64,000 bases of DNA from Betaproteobacteria bacterium (GTDB lineage Bacteria; Pseudomonadota; Gammaproteobacteria; Burkholderiales; Casimicrobiaceae): assembly GCA_005881895.1 (NCBI GenBank), contig VBCG01000050.1, positions 31,958 to 95,957 of the forward strand. The letters run 5' to 3'. Within the stretch, counting starts at the first letter, position 1, and every line of letters begins with the position of its first letter. A program made the translations under genes and the position numbers. Below are positions 9,746-18,810 of the stretch, piece by piece. A model generated the notes under the pieces. The model did not search any database and was not told the DNA's origin. It worked only from the letters and a program-made list of their open reading frames with translations.

Positions 9746-9913
9746 TGTGCTGAGTCAGAAGTTCACTCGATAGTGCGCGGCGAAGGAGCGGATGAAATCG
9801 GCTGTCAGGCAAGGCGCTCGGCCGAAAGCGTACCTCGTGGGTACGGTGAGGACGAGTAACGGAGCATGGCGGCCGACTCCTTTATCTTCGGAACCTCTGA
9901 CTCAGCACACTAG
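9742..9913. mobile_element. MITE-like element: 23-bp terminal inverted repeats (21/23 match) flanking a 126-bp core with no coding capacity
   Basis: Left arm TTAGTGTGCTGAGTCAGAAGTTC (9742-9764). Right arm GAACCTCTGACTCAGCACACTAG (9891-9913). There is a possible TA at both ends. The cysS stop TAG (9743-9745) lies inside the left arm. This is the only copy in the window. Confidence 0.35.
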
Positions 9914-10019
9914 CGCCATCGCGATTGACGTGGCCGGCGCGCCGGTCCAGTATCCTGTTGCCCTGCATGGCGGGTCACCGCCTTGTTAGCCGCGTCTCGA
10001 TAACCTGTCCCTGTCTGAG

Positions 10020-12239
10020 ATGACACGCGAGCGTTCGCTGACGATTCGTTCGCACCTGCTGCTGCTCGCGAGCGGCGCGGTCTTACCCGTATTGGTCTTC
10101 GCGGTTGTCGTCTCGGTCATTTTGGTCGAGCAAGAACGGCGCACATTCGAGCGCGGAGCGATCGAGCGGGCGCGAGCCATGATGAGCGCCGTCGATGCCA
10201 GCCTTCGCGGCTCGTTATCGACGCTGCAGGCGCTCGCCGCATCGCGTGCGCTGGCCGCGGGTGACCTAGGGGGCTTCCGTGAATCGGCATTGCGCCTTCT
10301 GCCCACCCAGCCTGCGTGGCACAACATCACGCTCGGTCTTCCCTCGGGTGAAAGAATCGTCGATGTGCTGACCGCGCCCGGCGCCCCGTTGCCTCCGATC
10401 CTCGATCTGGCGAGCGCGGAGCGGGTTGTGAAGACGGAGCAACCCATCATTGGCGACGTGTCGAGACAGAGGCCCGATTCGCCGCCGGTCGTCCCGGTGC
10501 GCGTACCGGTTCTCCGCGACGGCGTTGTGGCCTACGTCCTGACGGCGCAGGTGCGGCCCGAATCGTTTGCTACGCTGATCCGCGAGCAACAATTATCGGA
10601 GGGCTGGGTCGCGGGTCTCATCGACGGCAAGGGCAACTTTGTCGCCCGTGTGCCGCCGCGTCCGGCCGGAGAGCCGGCGTCGGCGGCATTCCGCGCCGAG
10701 AGTCAGCGCGCGAAGGAGGGCTGGTTTCGCGGTCTCACGGTGGAAGGACGGGATACGTTCACCGCGTTTCAGCGTTCGGCGCTCGGCAGCAACTGGGCGA
10801 TCGGCCGCGCGGTGCCGAGCGAGATCGTGCTGGGGAGCCCGACGAGAACCGCTTGGCTCATGGGTCTCGGCGCGCTGACCGCCCTTGCGCTGGGCTTCGT
10901 GCTCGCGGTCGCGACTGGCAATCGCATCGTGCGGCCAATGAAGACGCTGGCCTCGCTCGCACGAAGCGTTGGCGATGGCAGCGCGACGATCGCGTTGCCG
11001 CATGGCGGATTGCAGGAGATCGACGCCATCGGCCTCGCGCTCAAGCAGGCGCACGGCGTCGTGCGCGAACGCCAGAGCCTGATTCAACGGGAAAAGGATG
11101 CAGTGGAGGCCGCCGACCGTGCGAAGGACGAGTTCATCGCAACGTTGAGTCATGAGCTGCGCAATCCGCTGGCCGCGCTAACGTCGGCCGCGGCAATATT
11201 GCGTCGTAACGATCTGAATTCAGACGTGGGCCGCGAAGCCCGCGAGGTGATCGAGCGCCAGATCGCGAACATGTCGCGCATGATCGAAGACTTGCTCGAC
11301 TTGAGCCGAGTTATCGCCGGAAAAATCAGTCTCAAGCTCGAGCACTTCGATCTCGCGTTGCTCGTTTCGAGCGTCGTCACTGCGTGGCAGAAGGCGGGCA
11401 GGCTGGGTCGCCACGCCGTCGCAGTCGAAACGCGAGCCGCATGGGTTGTCGCCGACCGCACCCGATTGGAGCAGATCGTCGCCAATCTTCTGGACAACGC
11501 GGTCAAGTTCACGCCGACGGGCAAGCACGTCCGCGTCGCCGTTGCGCCGAATGACGAGTGGGCGGAGCTCATCGTCGATGACGATGGGCGCGGCATTGCG
11601 CCTGAGCTGCTGGACCGAGTCTTCGACCCGTTCGTCCAGGGCGATCAATGGATGAGCCCCAACGCGGGAGGCTTGGGCCTCGGTCTTGCGCTCGTCAAGC
11701 GCCTGGTCGAGCTGCAAGGTGGATCGGTTTCGGTCGCGAGCGCAGGCGTTGGCCGGGGTGCGAGCTTCAGCGTGCGACTGCCGCGCGCCGAGGCAAGGAG
11801 TGAAGAGAGCGCGGCGTTTCCGTCAACGACCAGCAAGTCGCCCGGAAAAAAGCGCGTACTGGTGATTGATGACAACGAGGACGCGCGCAAATCGCTGGCT
11901 ACTTTGCTGGCGTTCGAAGGTCACGACACGTACGAGGCGGCCAGCGGCGCGCGGGGCACCGAGCTCGCATCGCATGTGCGTCCCGAGATCGCATTGATCG
12001 ACATCGGTCTGCCCGATTTGAACGGATACGAAGTTGCGCGACGGATCAGAGCGGACCTGAACAGCGGCGTTGCGCTCATCGCCGTCACCGGATACGGTCA
12101 ACCCGAGGACCAACGACGCGCATTCGACGCAGGCTTTGACGCGCATCTGGTCAAGCCCATCACCATCGCCCAGCTAAACGAAGTGCTCACGGCTGCGCGC
12201 CCGCAAACGCCGATTGCGTCGACCGAACACGACGACTAG
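10020..12239 (+). CDS. hybrid sensor histidine kinase/response regulator (periplasmic Cache-like domain, HAMP, HisKA, HATPase_c, REC)
   Basis: 739 aa with two TM segments flanking a ~270-aa periplasmic region. H-box is [17 protein letters not shown]-boxes are DDDGRGI and [10 protein letters not shown]. The C-terminal receiver reads [24 protein letters not shown]. Confidence 0.9.
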   Translation: MTRERSLTIRSHLLLLASGAVLPVLVFAVVVSVILVEQERRTFERGAIERARAMMSAVDASLRGSLSTLQALAASRALAAGDLGGFRESALRLLPTQPAWHNITLGLPSGERIVDVLTAPGAPLPPILDLASAERVVKTEQPIIGDVSRQRPDSPPVVPVRVPVLRDGVVAYVLTAQVRPESFATLIREQQLSEGWVAGLIDGKGNFVARVPPRPAGEPASAAFRAESQRAKEGWFRGLTVEGRDTFTAFQRSALGSNWAIGRAVPSEIVLGSPTRTAWLMGLGALTALALGFVLAVATGNRIVRPMKTLASLARSVGDGSATIALPHGGLQEIDAIGLALKQAHGVVRERQSLIQREKDAVEAADRAKDEFIATLSHELRNPLAALTSAAAILRRNDLNSDVGREAREVIERQIANMSRMIEDLLDLSRVIAGKISLKLEHFDLALLVSSVVTAWQKAGRLGRHAVAVETRAAWVVADRTRLEQIVANLLDNAVKFTPTGKHVRVAVAPNDEWAELIVDDDGRGIAPELLDRVFDPFVQGDQWMSPNAGGLGLGLALVKRLVELQGGSVSVASAGVGRGASFSVRLPRAEARSEESAAFPSTTSKSPGKKRVLVIDDNEDARKSLATLLAFEGHDTYEAASGARGTELASHVRPEIALIDIGLPDLNGYEVARRIRADLNSGVALIAVTGYGQPEDQRRAFDAGFDAHLVKPITIAQLNEVLTAARPQTPIASTEHDD

Positions 12240-12251
12240 GTCCGGCCTTAT

Positions 12252-12578
12252 CTAGCTCAGCTTTGCGGCCACCCCTTCGAGACCCTCGACGAACTGCTGC
12301 CAGCCGTAATTGGCGCCTAGGTAGTTGGCTTCATCTTCGGGGCGGAAGCCCGATTGCTCCATCCGCACGAGAACGCCGCCCTTCGTCGGCGTCAGCGTCC
12401 ACGCGACGACGGTCTTCAGTCTTCCCGCCTCTTCCCCCGAAGAGTTCCAGGTATGGGAGAGGCGTTCGTTGGGTTGGACGACGAGGACCTCGCAATCGGT
12501 TACGCCATTCCAATGCGGCATGGGCGCGGCACGGAAGTTGAACCTGCGGCCCACAATTGGCTGGAAGTCGTTCTTCAT
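12252..12578 (-). CDS. SRPBCC/AHSA1-like protein, apparently 5'-truncated; family homology continues upstream of the only ATG
   Basis: 108 aa starting MKNDFQPIVGRRFNFR. The same frame upstream reads AAFSDPSGTRDAPPREKVWRALTEGPLIEKWL with no start codon. It is closed by an in-frame TGA (12675-12677), which is the stop of the duplicated rskA fragment. Confidence 0.6.
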   Translation of the reverse strand: MKNDFQPIVGRRFNFRAAPMPHWNGVTDCEVLVVQPNERLSHTWNSSGEEAGRLKTVVAWTLTPTKGGVLVRMEQSGFRPEDEANYLGANYGWQQFVEGLEGVAAKLS

Positions 12579-12609
12579 CAGCCATTTTTCGATCAGCGGG
12601 CCTTCGGTC

Positions 12610-13089
12610 AGCGCGCGCCAGACTTTTTCCCGCGGTGGGGCATCTCGCGTACCGGATGGGTCGCTAAAAGCAGCTCAATACATCCGCTCGATCGGACCCG
12701 AGTACAGAACCGGTCCCGTCGGCAGGCCGGTTGGCGAGCCGGTGGCCGGCTCCAAGCTGACCGCCAATGCAGGAATGTTCGCCAGCGAGCTGTCGGTGGG
12801 CGCGGGGAGTGGAACGCGCGCGATGCCGGTCGCCCGAATGAGCCCCAGCGATCGTGGTGCTGCCCCTGTGGGGAGCATCCAAAGCTCAAGTGCCTTTCCG
12901 GACTCGACGGGAGCCGTAGCGACGGCTTTGACCAACAAGAAGGCGTCGGTACGTCGGGCGCTGGCAATCAGCGCGGGTTTGCCGTCGGCGCCGGCGAGCA
13001 CGGCGACAATGGAAGCCTCGGGAACGGCCGCCCGTTGGGAAAGGAGCGCGATACCCAGCCCCAGCACCGCCGCGAAGGCGAGTAGGGTG
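12610..13089. repeat. tandem duplication, copy A (480 bp)
   Basis: 476/480 identical to 13090-13569. Differences are at 12624, 12625, 12858 and 12920. It begins with AGCGCGCGCCAGAC. Confidence 0.95.
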
Positions 13090-13154
13090 AGCGCGCGCCA
13101 GACGCTTTCCCGCGGTGGGGCATCTCGCGTACCGGATGGGTCGCTAAAAGCAGC
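12675..13154 (-). pseudogene. duplication-generated chimeric fragment: SRPBCC 5' remnant fused in frame to the TM and C-terminal domain of the RskA-type anti-sigma factor
   Basis: Reading from 13154 down gives AAFSDPSGTRDAPPRESVWRALTLLAFAAVLGLGIALLSQ...GPIERMY*. There is no ATG. The first possible start is GTG at 13065-13067 (track ORF 12675-13067). Confidence 0.6.
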
Positions 13155-13569
13155 TCAATACATCCGCTCGATCGGACCCGAGTACAGAACCGGTCCCGTC
13201 GGCAGGCCGGTTGGCGAGCCGGTGGCCGGCTCCAAGCTGACCGCCAATGCAGGAATGTTCGCCAGCGAGCTGTCGGTGGGCGCGGGGAGTGGAACGCGCG
13301 CGATGCCGGTCGCCCGAATGAGCCCCAGCGATCGTGGAGCTGCCCCTGTGGGGAGCATCCAAAGCTCAAGTGCCTTTCCGGACTCGACGGGAGCCGTAGA
13401 GACGGCTTTGACCAACAAGAAGGCGTCGGTACGTCGGGCGCTGGCAATCAGCGCGGGTTTGCCGTCGGCGCCGGCGAGCACGGCGACAATGGAAGCCTCG
13501 GGAACGGCCGCCCGTTGGGAAAGGAGCGCGATACCCAGCCCCAGCACCGCCGCGAAGGCGAGTAGGGTG
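13090..13569. repeat. tandem duplication, copy B (480 bp)
   Basis: Head-to-tail with copy A. The 14-nt AGCGCGCGCCAGAC recurs a third time at 13570-13583. Confidence 0.95.
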
Positions 13570-13871
13570 AGCGCGCGCCAGACGCCAACGCGATTCCACC
13601 AGATGGCGCTCGCTGTCCCTGTCGACGCTGCGGCAAGACCGAGCCGACTTGCGATGGCGGTCCAGACGCGCGGGGGCGGCGTCACCGCAGGAATGGCAAT
13701 CGCAAGCGCGGCAAGACGCTGCTCCCATTCGCCAATCGCGGCGGCGACGACCGGCTCCGTCCGCGCGGCCTGTGCGAGACGCGCGCGCGGCCGAGACGGC
13801 AATGTGCCTAGCGCGAATTCGGCGGCAAGCCGATCGAGCCGTTCGCTGCGATCCGGTCGGGCAAGATCCAT
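13155..13871 (-). CDS. anti-sigma-K factor RskA family protein (single TM, C-terminal periplasmic domain)
   Basis: 238 aa. The N-terminal anti-sigma helix region is LAAEFALGTL..AR. TM is VWRALTLLAFAAVLGLGIALL. The C-terminus is RskA-like (ELWMLP...PALAVSLEP.GGS-like). It lies downstream of an ECF sigma gene. Confidence 0.8.
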   Translation of the reverse strand: MDLARPDRSERLDRLAAEFALGTLPSRPRARLAQAARTEPVVAAAIGEWEQRLAALAIAIPAVTPPPRVWTAIASRLGLAAASTGTASAIWWNRVGVWRALTLLAFAAVLGLGIALLSQRAAVPEASIVAVLAGADGKPALIASARRTDAFLLVKAVSTAPVESGKALELWMLPTGAAPRSLGLIRATGIARVPLPAPTDSSLANIPALAVSLEPATGSPTGLPTGPVLYSGPIERMY

Positions 13872-13881
13872 CGCGCCTCTA

Positions 13882-13954
13882 GCCTCCCGCCGGGCCGCCC
13901 CAAGGGAGGCTTGCTCTCCCTTCGGGGGCAGCGAACGCAGTGAGCGTGGGGGTC
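13882..13954 (+). repeat. intergenic structured repeat, copy R1
   Basis: GCCTCCC-[GCCGGGCCGCCCCAA]-GGGAGGC hairpin, then CTCTCCCTTCGGGGGCAG...GAGCGTGGGGGTC. It sits between the ECF sigma stop and the anti-sigma start, antisense to both. Confidence 0.7.
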
Positions 13955-13959
13955 GTCAT

Positions 13960-14553
13960 CTAGCGTGCGAAGCCGGCGCCGTCGAGGCAGCGCTTCAGCC
14001 GTTCGAGGCCGCGTCGCACCCACGACTTGATCGTTCCCAGTGGTTCACGCATATGGGTGGCCAGCTCTGCATGAGAAAGACCATGGAAGAACGCGAGGGC
14101 GATCGCTTGTTTGGGACCCGCGTCGAGCGTCTCGACGCAATCGCGCACCGATTGCGCTTCCGCGCCCGCCACGAGCAAATCCACGGGCGCAGGGCTGTCG
14201 GCCGGCGGATCGAAGGCCGGCTCGTCGTCGGCGCCGCTCGTCAGCGGAAACGTGTCCAGCTCACGGCGGCGCAAGTGATCGAGACAGCGGTTGCGGACAA
14301 TCGACGTCAGCCATGTGAGCGGTTGGCTCTTGGCGGCAACATAGGTACCGGCGTGCTGCCAGACGCTCACATAGGCTTCCTGAAGAATCTCCTCCGCAGA
14401 CGCGGGCTCTCTCAGGATACGGAGCGCGACGGCATATAGATGCGGCGAGGTCTGCCGGTACAGCTCGGCGAACGCCCGCTGGTCCGCCAATGCGACCCGC
14501 GCGAGCAGCTGTGCAAGAGTGCCGCTTCGATCGGCGCCGGCGCTATTCGCCAT
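13960..14553 (-). CDS. ECF (sigma-70 group IV) RNA polymerase sigma factor
   Basis: 197 aa. Region 2 is EEILQEAYVSVWQ...WLTSIVRNRCLDHLRR. Region 4 is ALAFFHGLSHAELA...GTIKSWVRRGLERLK. Confidence 0.9.
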   Translation of the reverse strand: MANSAGADRSGTLAQLLARVALADQRAFAELYRQTSPHLYAVALRILREPASAEEILQEAYVSVWQHAGTYVAAKSQPLTWLTSIVRNRCLDHLRRRELDTFPLTSGADDEPAFDPPADSPAPVDLLVAGAEAQSVRDCVETLDAGPKQAIALAFFHGLSHAELATHMREPLGTIKSWVRRGLERLKRCLDGAGFAR

Positions 14554-14560
14554 TGTCGAT

Positions 14561-15130
14561 TCAGGCCCGGCTGGTTCCGGCTGGACCGCTTGAGCCCGAG
14601 CGCTTCGTCCGATCCTTTTGCCACAGCACGTCGGGCCGACCGGCGGCGCGGTTCAGCGTCCGTGAAAGAACGAACAACAGGTCGGACAGGCGATTCAAAT
14701 ATTTTCGCGCCGGCATGCCCACGGCAACGGTCCGCTCCGCGCGTCGGCACACGGTGCGCGCGACATGGGCGAGCGCCGCCGCGCGCGTGCCACCCGGCAA
14801 CACGAAATCCTTGAGTGGCCCGAGATCGGCGTTGAAGCGCTCGACCGCGCCCTCGAGCCGCGCAACATGATCGTCGGTGACCGCGGCGTATCCGGGAATC
14901 GAGAGCTCGCCGCCGAGATCGAAAAGATCGTGCTGAATATCGGTGAGACATACCGCAATCGAATCGGGCAACGTTTCGGCCAGCAGTACGCCGAGTGTGG
15001 AGTTGAGCTCGTCAATGGAGCCGATCGCATGGACGCGCGCCGAGTCCTTGGCGACGCGGGATCCATCGCCCAGCCCCGTCGTCCCGGCATCGCCGGTGCG
15101 GGTCACGATTTTGGAAAGGCGATGGCCCAT
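14561..15130 (-). CDS. ATP:cob(I)alamin adenosyltransferase, PduO/MMAB type
   Basis: 189 aa starting MGHRLSKIVTRTGDAGTTGLGDGSRV..K.....IGSIDELNS, the canonical PduO-type N-terminus. Confidence 0.9.
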   Translation of the reverse strand: MGHRLSKIVTRTGDAGTTGLGDGSRVAKDSARVHAIGSIDELNSTLGVLLAETLPDSIAVCLTDIQHDLFDLGGELSIPGYAAVTDDHVARLEGAVERFNADLGPLKDFVLPGGTRAAALAHVARTVCRRAERTVAVGMPARKYLNRLSDLLFVLSRTLNRAAGRPDVLWQKDRTKRSGSSGPAGTSRA

Positions 15131-15251
15131 AGGGTAAGGTTGCCTCAGGTTGCTCGCGGTCGCTTCGGTGGGACGCCGAGCCTAGCGAAATCGACTGACG
15201 CGGGCAAGCTTCGCGGCAAAAATCCGAATCGCCGCAGCGCCGTTTGCTAGC

Positions 15252-16924
15252 ATGGCGGTCTCGCACCGCGCGGCCGACACCATGCCAACCCCGTCCCTTT
15301 ACGATCGTGACCTCGACCGCAATCCTGCGAACTACGCGCCGTTGACGCCGCTGTCATTCATTGCGCGCACCGCGTACATCTGGCCGCAGCAGCTCGGAGT
15401 GGTTCACGGGGATCGCCGCTACACGTGGGCCGAAACGTACGCGCGCACGCGTCGGCTTGCCTCGGCGCTCGCACGCGCCGGCATCGGCAAGGGCGACACG
15501 GTGGCGGCGATGCTGTCGAATACGCCCGAAATGGTCGAGTGCCATTTCGGCGTGCCGATGACCGGCGGCGTGCTCAATACGCTCAACACGCGTCTGGACG
15601 GCGAGGCGATTGCGTTCATGCTCGAGCACGGCGAGGCGAAGTTTCTTGTCACCGATACCGAATTTGCTCCGACGATCGAGAAGGCGCTTGCCAAGATAAA
15701 GCGAAAGGTGATGGTCATCGATGTCGTCGATTCAGCGGGGCCCGGCGGCGAACGCCTTGGCGAATTCGATTACGAGAAATTCATTGCCGGCGGCGATCCG
15801 GAATATCCGTGGCATCCGCCGGGCGACGAATGGGACGCGATCTCGCTCAACTACACGTCGGGCACGACAGGAAACCCGAAGGGCGTCGTCTACCATCATC
15901 GCGGCGCGTATTTGAACGCGTTGTCGAACATCATCGATTGGGGCATGCCGCGTCACGCGGTCTATCTGTGGACGCTGCCGATGTTCCACTGCAACGGCTG
16001 GTGCTTTCCGTGGACGATTGCGGCGCTCGCCGGCACGAACGTCTGCCTGCGGCGCGTCGAAGCGAAGCCCGTTCTCGACGCGATTCGAACACACAAGGTT
16101 ACGCATTACTGCGGCGCGCCGATCGTGCACGCGATGTTGATCAACGCGCCCGACGAGCTGAAGGAAGGCATCACGCAGAAAGTGAACTGCCTCGTCGCGG
16201 CCGCCGCGCCGCCGGCATCGGTGATTGAGGGGATGGAGCGAATCGGCTTCGACATCACGCACGTTTATGGTCTGACCGAAACCTACGGACCTGCGGCGGT
16301 GTGCGCCAAGCATGCCGAATGGGACACGCTCGACATTGCGGGGCGCACCGAGCGCAATGGCCGCCAGGGCGTTCGCTACACGTGCGAAGAAGGCATGACG
16401 GTGATGGACGCCGAGACGATGCACCCCGTGCCCTGGGACGGCGAGACGATGGGCGAGATCATGTTTCGCGGCAACATCACGATGAAAGGCTATCTCAAGA
16501 ATCCGGCGGCATCGGCGGAGGCGTTCGCCGGTGGCTGGTTCCATTCCGGTGACCTCGCCGTCATGCAGCCGGACGGCTATATCAAGATCAAGGACCGCTC
16601 GAAGGACGTCATCATTTCCCCGGCGGCGAGAACATCAGCTCGCTCGAGGTCGAGGACGTGCTGTACCGACACCCGGCGGTGCTCGCAGCGGCGGTGGTAG
16701 CGCAGCCCGATGCGAAGTGGGGCGAGACGCCATGCGCATTCGTCGAGGTGAAGCCCAATACAACGGTGTCGGAAAACGATCTGATCGAGCACTGCCGAGC
16801 GCACCTCGCACGCTTCAAGGCTCCGAAGAAAGTCGTGTTCGGCGAGCTGCCGAAAACGTCGACCGGCAAGATCCAGAAGTTCGTGCTGCGTGAACGCGCG
16901 AAGTCGACGAGCGCGATCGAATGA
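15252..16924 (+). pseudogene. acyl-CoA synthetase (AMP-forming), interrupted by a frameshift at a C4 run (16618-16621)
   Basis: ORF 15252-16700 carries YTSGTTGNPKG and runs to ...DRSKDVIIS. The sequence [37 protein letters not shown]...[10 protein letters not shown] continues in another frame (track ORF 16658-16924). Two extra nt, or one missing nt, at TCCCCGGCGGCGAG would explain it. Confidence 0.85.
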
Positions 16925-17051
16925 GCGCGTCGTGCGGGGCGAAGCCGAGCAAGGCCCGCAGGGCGCGTCGGCGCGCGATTGAGCGAGGCCGGCGCTCTGT
17001 CGAAACGTATGGCATGGGCCGTACGAAGAGGCCGAGGAATGGGCGAAGAAC

Positions 17052-17846
17052 GTGAACGACATCGCGAAGACAAACCCGCCGCGCGTGTTGCGCGACGATG
17101 CCGGCGGCATCGCGACGCTGACCCTCAACCGGCCGGCGCAGTACAACGCGATCGATAGCGCAATGCTGGACGAGTTGCAGAGCGCGTTCGGTCGAATTGC
17201 GGCCGACGCCGCCGTGCGCGTCGTCGTGATCGCCGGTGCCGGCAAGGCGTTCAGTCCCGGCCATGACTTGAAGGAAATGCTCGCCAATTCGCGCGAAGCC
17301 TTCATCGGCGACCTGTTTCGGCGCTGCTGCGACGTCATGCTCACGATCCAACGCATTCCGCAGCCGGTGATCGCGCAAGTGCATGGCATCGCGACAGCCG
17401 CAGGCTGCCAGCTCGTTGCCGCGTGCGATCTTGCGGTCGCCGCAGATGACGCGCGTTTCGCGACGTCCGGCATCAACTTCGGATTGTTCTGCGCGACGCC
17501 CGGCGTGGCCGTCTCGCGCGACATTTCGCGCAAGCGCGCGTTCGAAATGCTGTTCACCGGCGATTTCATCGACGCGCAAACCGCACTCGCCTGGGGTCTC
17601 GTCAATCGCGTTGTGCCGGTCGACGAGCTCGATGCCGCGACTCGGCAGCTCGCCGGATCGCTCGTCGAGAAACCCGCCCGCGTCGTGGCGCTGGGCAAGC
17701 GCTTCTTCTACGAACAACTCGAAGAACGGATCGACATTGCCTACCGAATCGCCGCCGCAACGATCACGCACAATATGCTCGATGACGACGCGCAGGAAGG
17801 CGTCGGCGCATTCGTCGAAAAGCGCAAGCCTCGCTGGGACGACTGA
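17052..17846 (+). CDS. enoyl-CoA hydratase/isomerase (crotonase) family protein
   Basis: 264 aa (GTG start) reading TLNRP...NA...VVVIAGAGKAFSPGHDLKE...ATAAGCQL, a crotonase fold. Confidence 0.88.
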   Translation: MNDIAKTNPPRVLRDDAGGIATLTLNRPAQYNAIDSAMLDELQSAFGRIAADAAVRVVVIAGAGKAFSPGHDLKEMLANSREAFIGDLFRRCCDVMLTIQRIPQPVIAQVHGIATAAGCQLVAACDLAVAADDARFATSGINFGLFCATPGVAVSRDISRKRAFEMLFTGDFIDAQTALAWGLVNRVVPVDELDAATRQLAGSLVEKPARVVALGKRFFYEQLEERIDIAYRIAAATITHNMLDDDAQEGVGAFVEKRKPRWDD

Positions 17847-17850
17847 CGCC

Positions 17851-18534
17851 GTGCGATTTGCCGCCACCGCTTGGCTCGGTCGCGCCTGCCTGCGGTGGCT
17901 GCCTGTCACGTGCTGTGCGCTGCTGGCCGGGATCGTAAACCTCGCGCACGCTGCCGATATCGTCGTGGTCGGCCTGTTTGCGGGCAAGGCGGTCGTGGTG
18001 ATCAACGGCGGAGCGCCTCGCACATTGAGCGTGGGCCAGGCGACGCCCGAAGGTGTGCGGCTGTTGGCCGCGAAGTCCGATTCGGCCGAATTCGAGATTG
18101 ACGGGAAGCGCCAGGTGCTGGGTCTCGGCGAGGGGCGCTACGGCCGCTCTGCCGCTTCGAGCAGTCCGGCGGCGACTCTCTACGCCGACCGCGATGGCCA
18201 TTTCATCTCCGAAGGCACCATCAACGGGATCAGCGTGCGCTTCGTCGTCGATACGGGCGCCACGGCCGTCGCGATGAATAGTCGCGAGGCGGGCCATCTG
18301 GGTCTCAACTACCGCACCGGTACACGGGCGCGCGCGTCGACCGCCAATGGAACAATCGTCGTCTACAACGTCAAACTGGATACCGTGCGCGTCGGCGGCA
18401 TCGAGCTTCACAATGTCGATGCGGTCGTCCACGACAGCGATCATCCACCCATCGTACTGCTCGGCATGAGCTTCTTGAATCGCGTCGATCTGCGCCGCGA
18501 CGGCACGTTGATGACACTGACGCAGCGGTACTGA
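17851..18534 (+). CDS. retropepsin-like (clan AA) aspartic protease, membrane-anchored/secreted
   Basis: GTG at 17851, in frame with track ORF 17383-18534. It has a signal/anchor sequence, then GHF...VRFVVDTGATAVAMN (the DTGA active site) and VLLGMSFL. Confidence 0.75.
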   Translation: MRFAATAWLGRACLRWLPVTCCALLAGIVNLAHAADIVVVGLFAGKAVVVINGGAPRTLSVGQATPEGVRLLAAKSDSAEFEIDGKRQVLGLGEGRYGRSAASSSPAATLYADRDGHFISEGTINGISVRFVVDTGATAVAMNSREAGHLGLNYRTGTRARASTANGTIVVYNVKLDTVRVGGIELHNVDAVVHDSDHPPIVLLGMSFLNRVDLRRDGTLMTLTQRY

Positions 18535-18567
18535 CATCCGCCGCTGCCATCGAAGAGAGAAACGACC

Positions 18568-18768
18568 GTGAACAAACCGGAGACCAAGAGCCAGCGGCTG
18601 GTGGCGCTGTGTCTGCTCGGTGCACTCTTATTCAACTACCCGATCCTCGCGCTCTTCAACCGCCCCACGTTTTTTCTGGGGATCCCGCTCGTCTACGCCT
18701 ACATCTTTGCGGTGTGGGCGCTGCTGATCGCGCTCGTGGGTCTTGTCGTGGAACGAGGCGGACGGTGA
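18568..18768 (+). CDS. small two-TM membrane protein, DUF3311-like
   Basis: 66 aa (GTG start) with two hydrophobic helices. It sits directly upstream of an SLC5-family domain gene, the usual DUF3311 context. Confidence 0.6.
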   Translation: MNKPETKSQRLVALCLLGALLFNYPILALFNRPTFFLGIPLVYAYIFAVWALLIALVGLVVERGGR

Positions 18769-18810
18769 GCGCGCCGAGGTGACATAAGCAGCGCGCTCGG
18801 GAGACCGGCA

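Noticed and set aside
12610-13569. Possible CRISPR array or other short-period repeat
   Set aside because: There are only two 480-bp units, they are head-to-tail, and they consist of protein-coding sequence. There is no repeat-spacer periodicity and there are no cas genes. The dispersed ~90-bp repeats are single or paired and lack unique spacers.
12325-14439. 704-aa + strand ORF with an internally repeated peptide
   Set aside because: It runs antisense to the SRPBCC, anti-sigma and ECF sigma genes, all of which have clear family signatures. Its length reflects GC-rich stop-poor sequence, and its internal repeat is just the 480-bp tandem duplication read on the wrong strand.
15131-15251. Cobalamin riboswitch next to the cob(I)alamin adenosyltransferase gene
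   Set aside because: I could not find a B12-box-like core or the expected multi-stem architecture on either strand. The region is a short divergent promoter gap.
16925-17051. Another copy of the structured repeat between the acyl-CoA synthetase and the hydratase
   Set aside because: It contains GC-rich palindromes (GGCGCGTCGGCGCGC, GAGCG..CGCTC) and the words CAAGGC and CGCAGGGC. However, these are not in the order or spacing of the family, so I could not align it convincingly.
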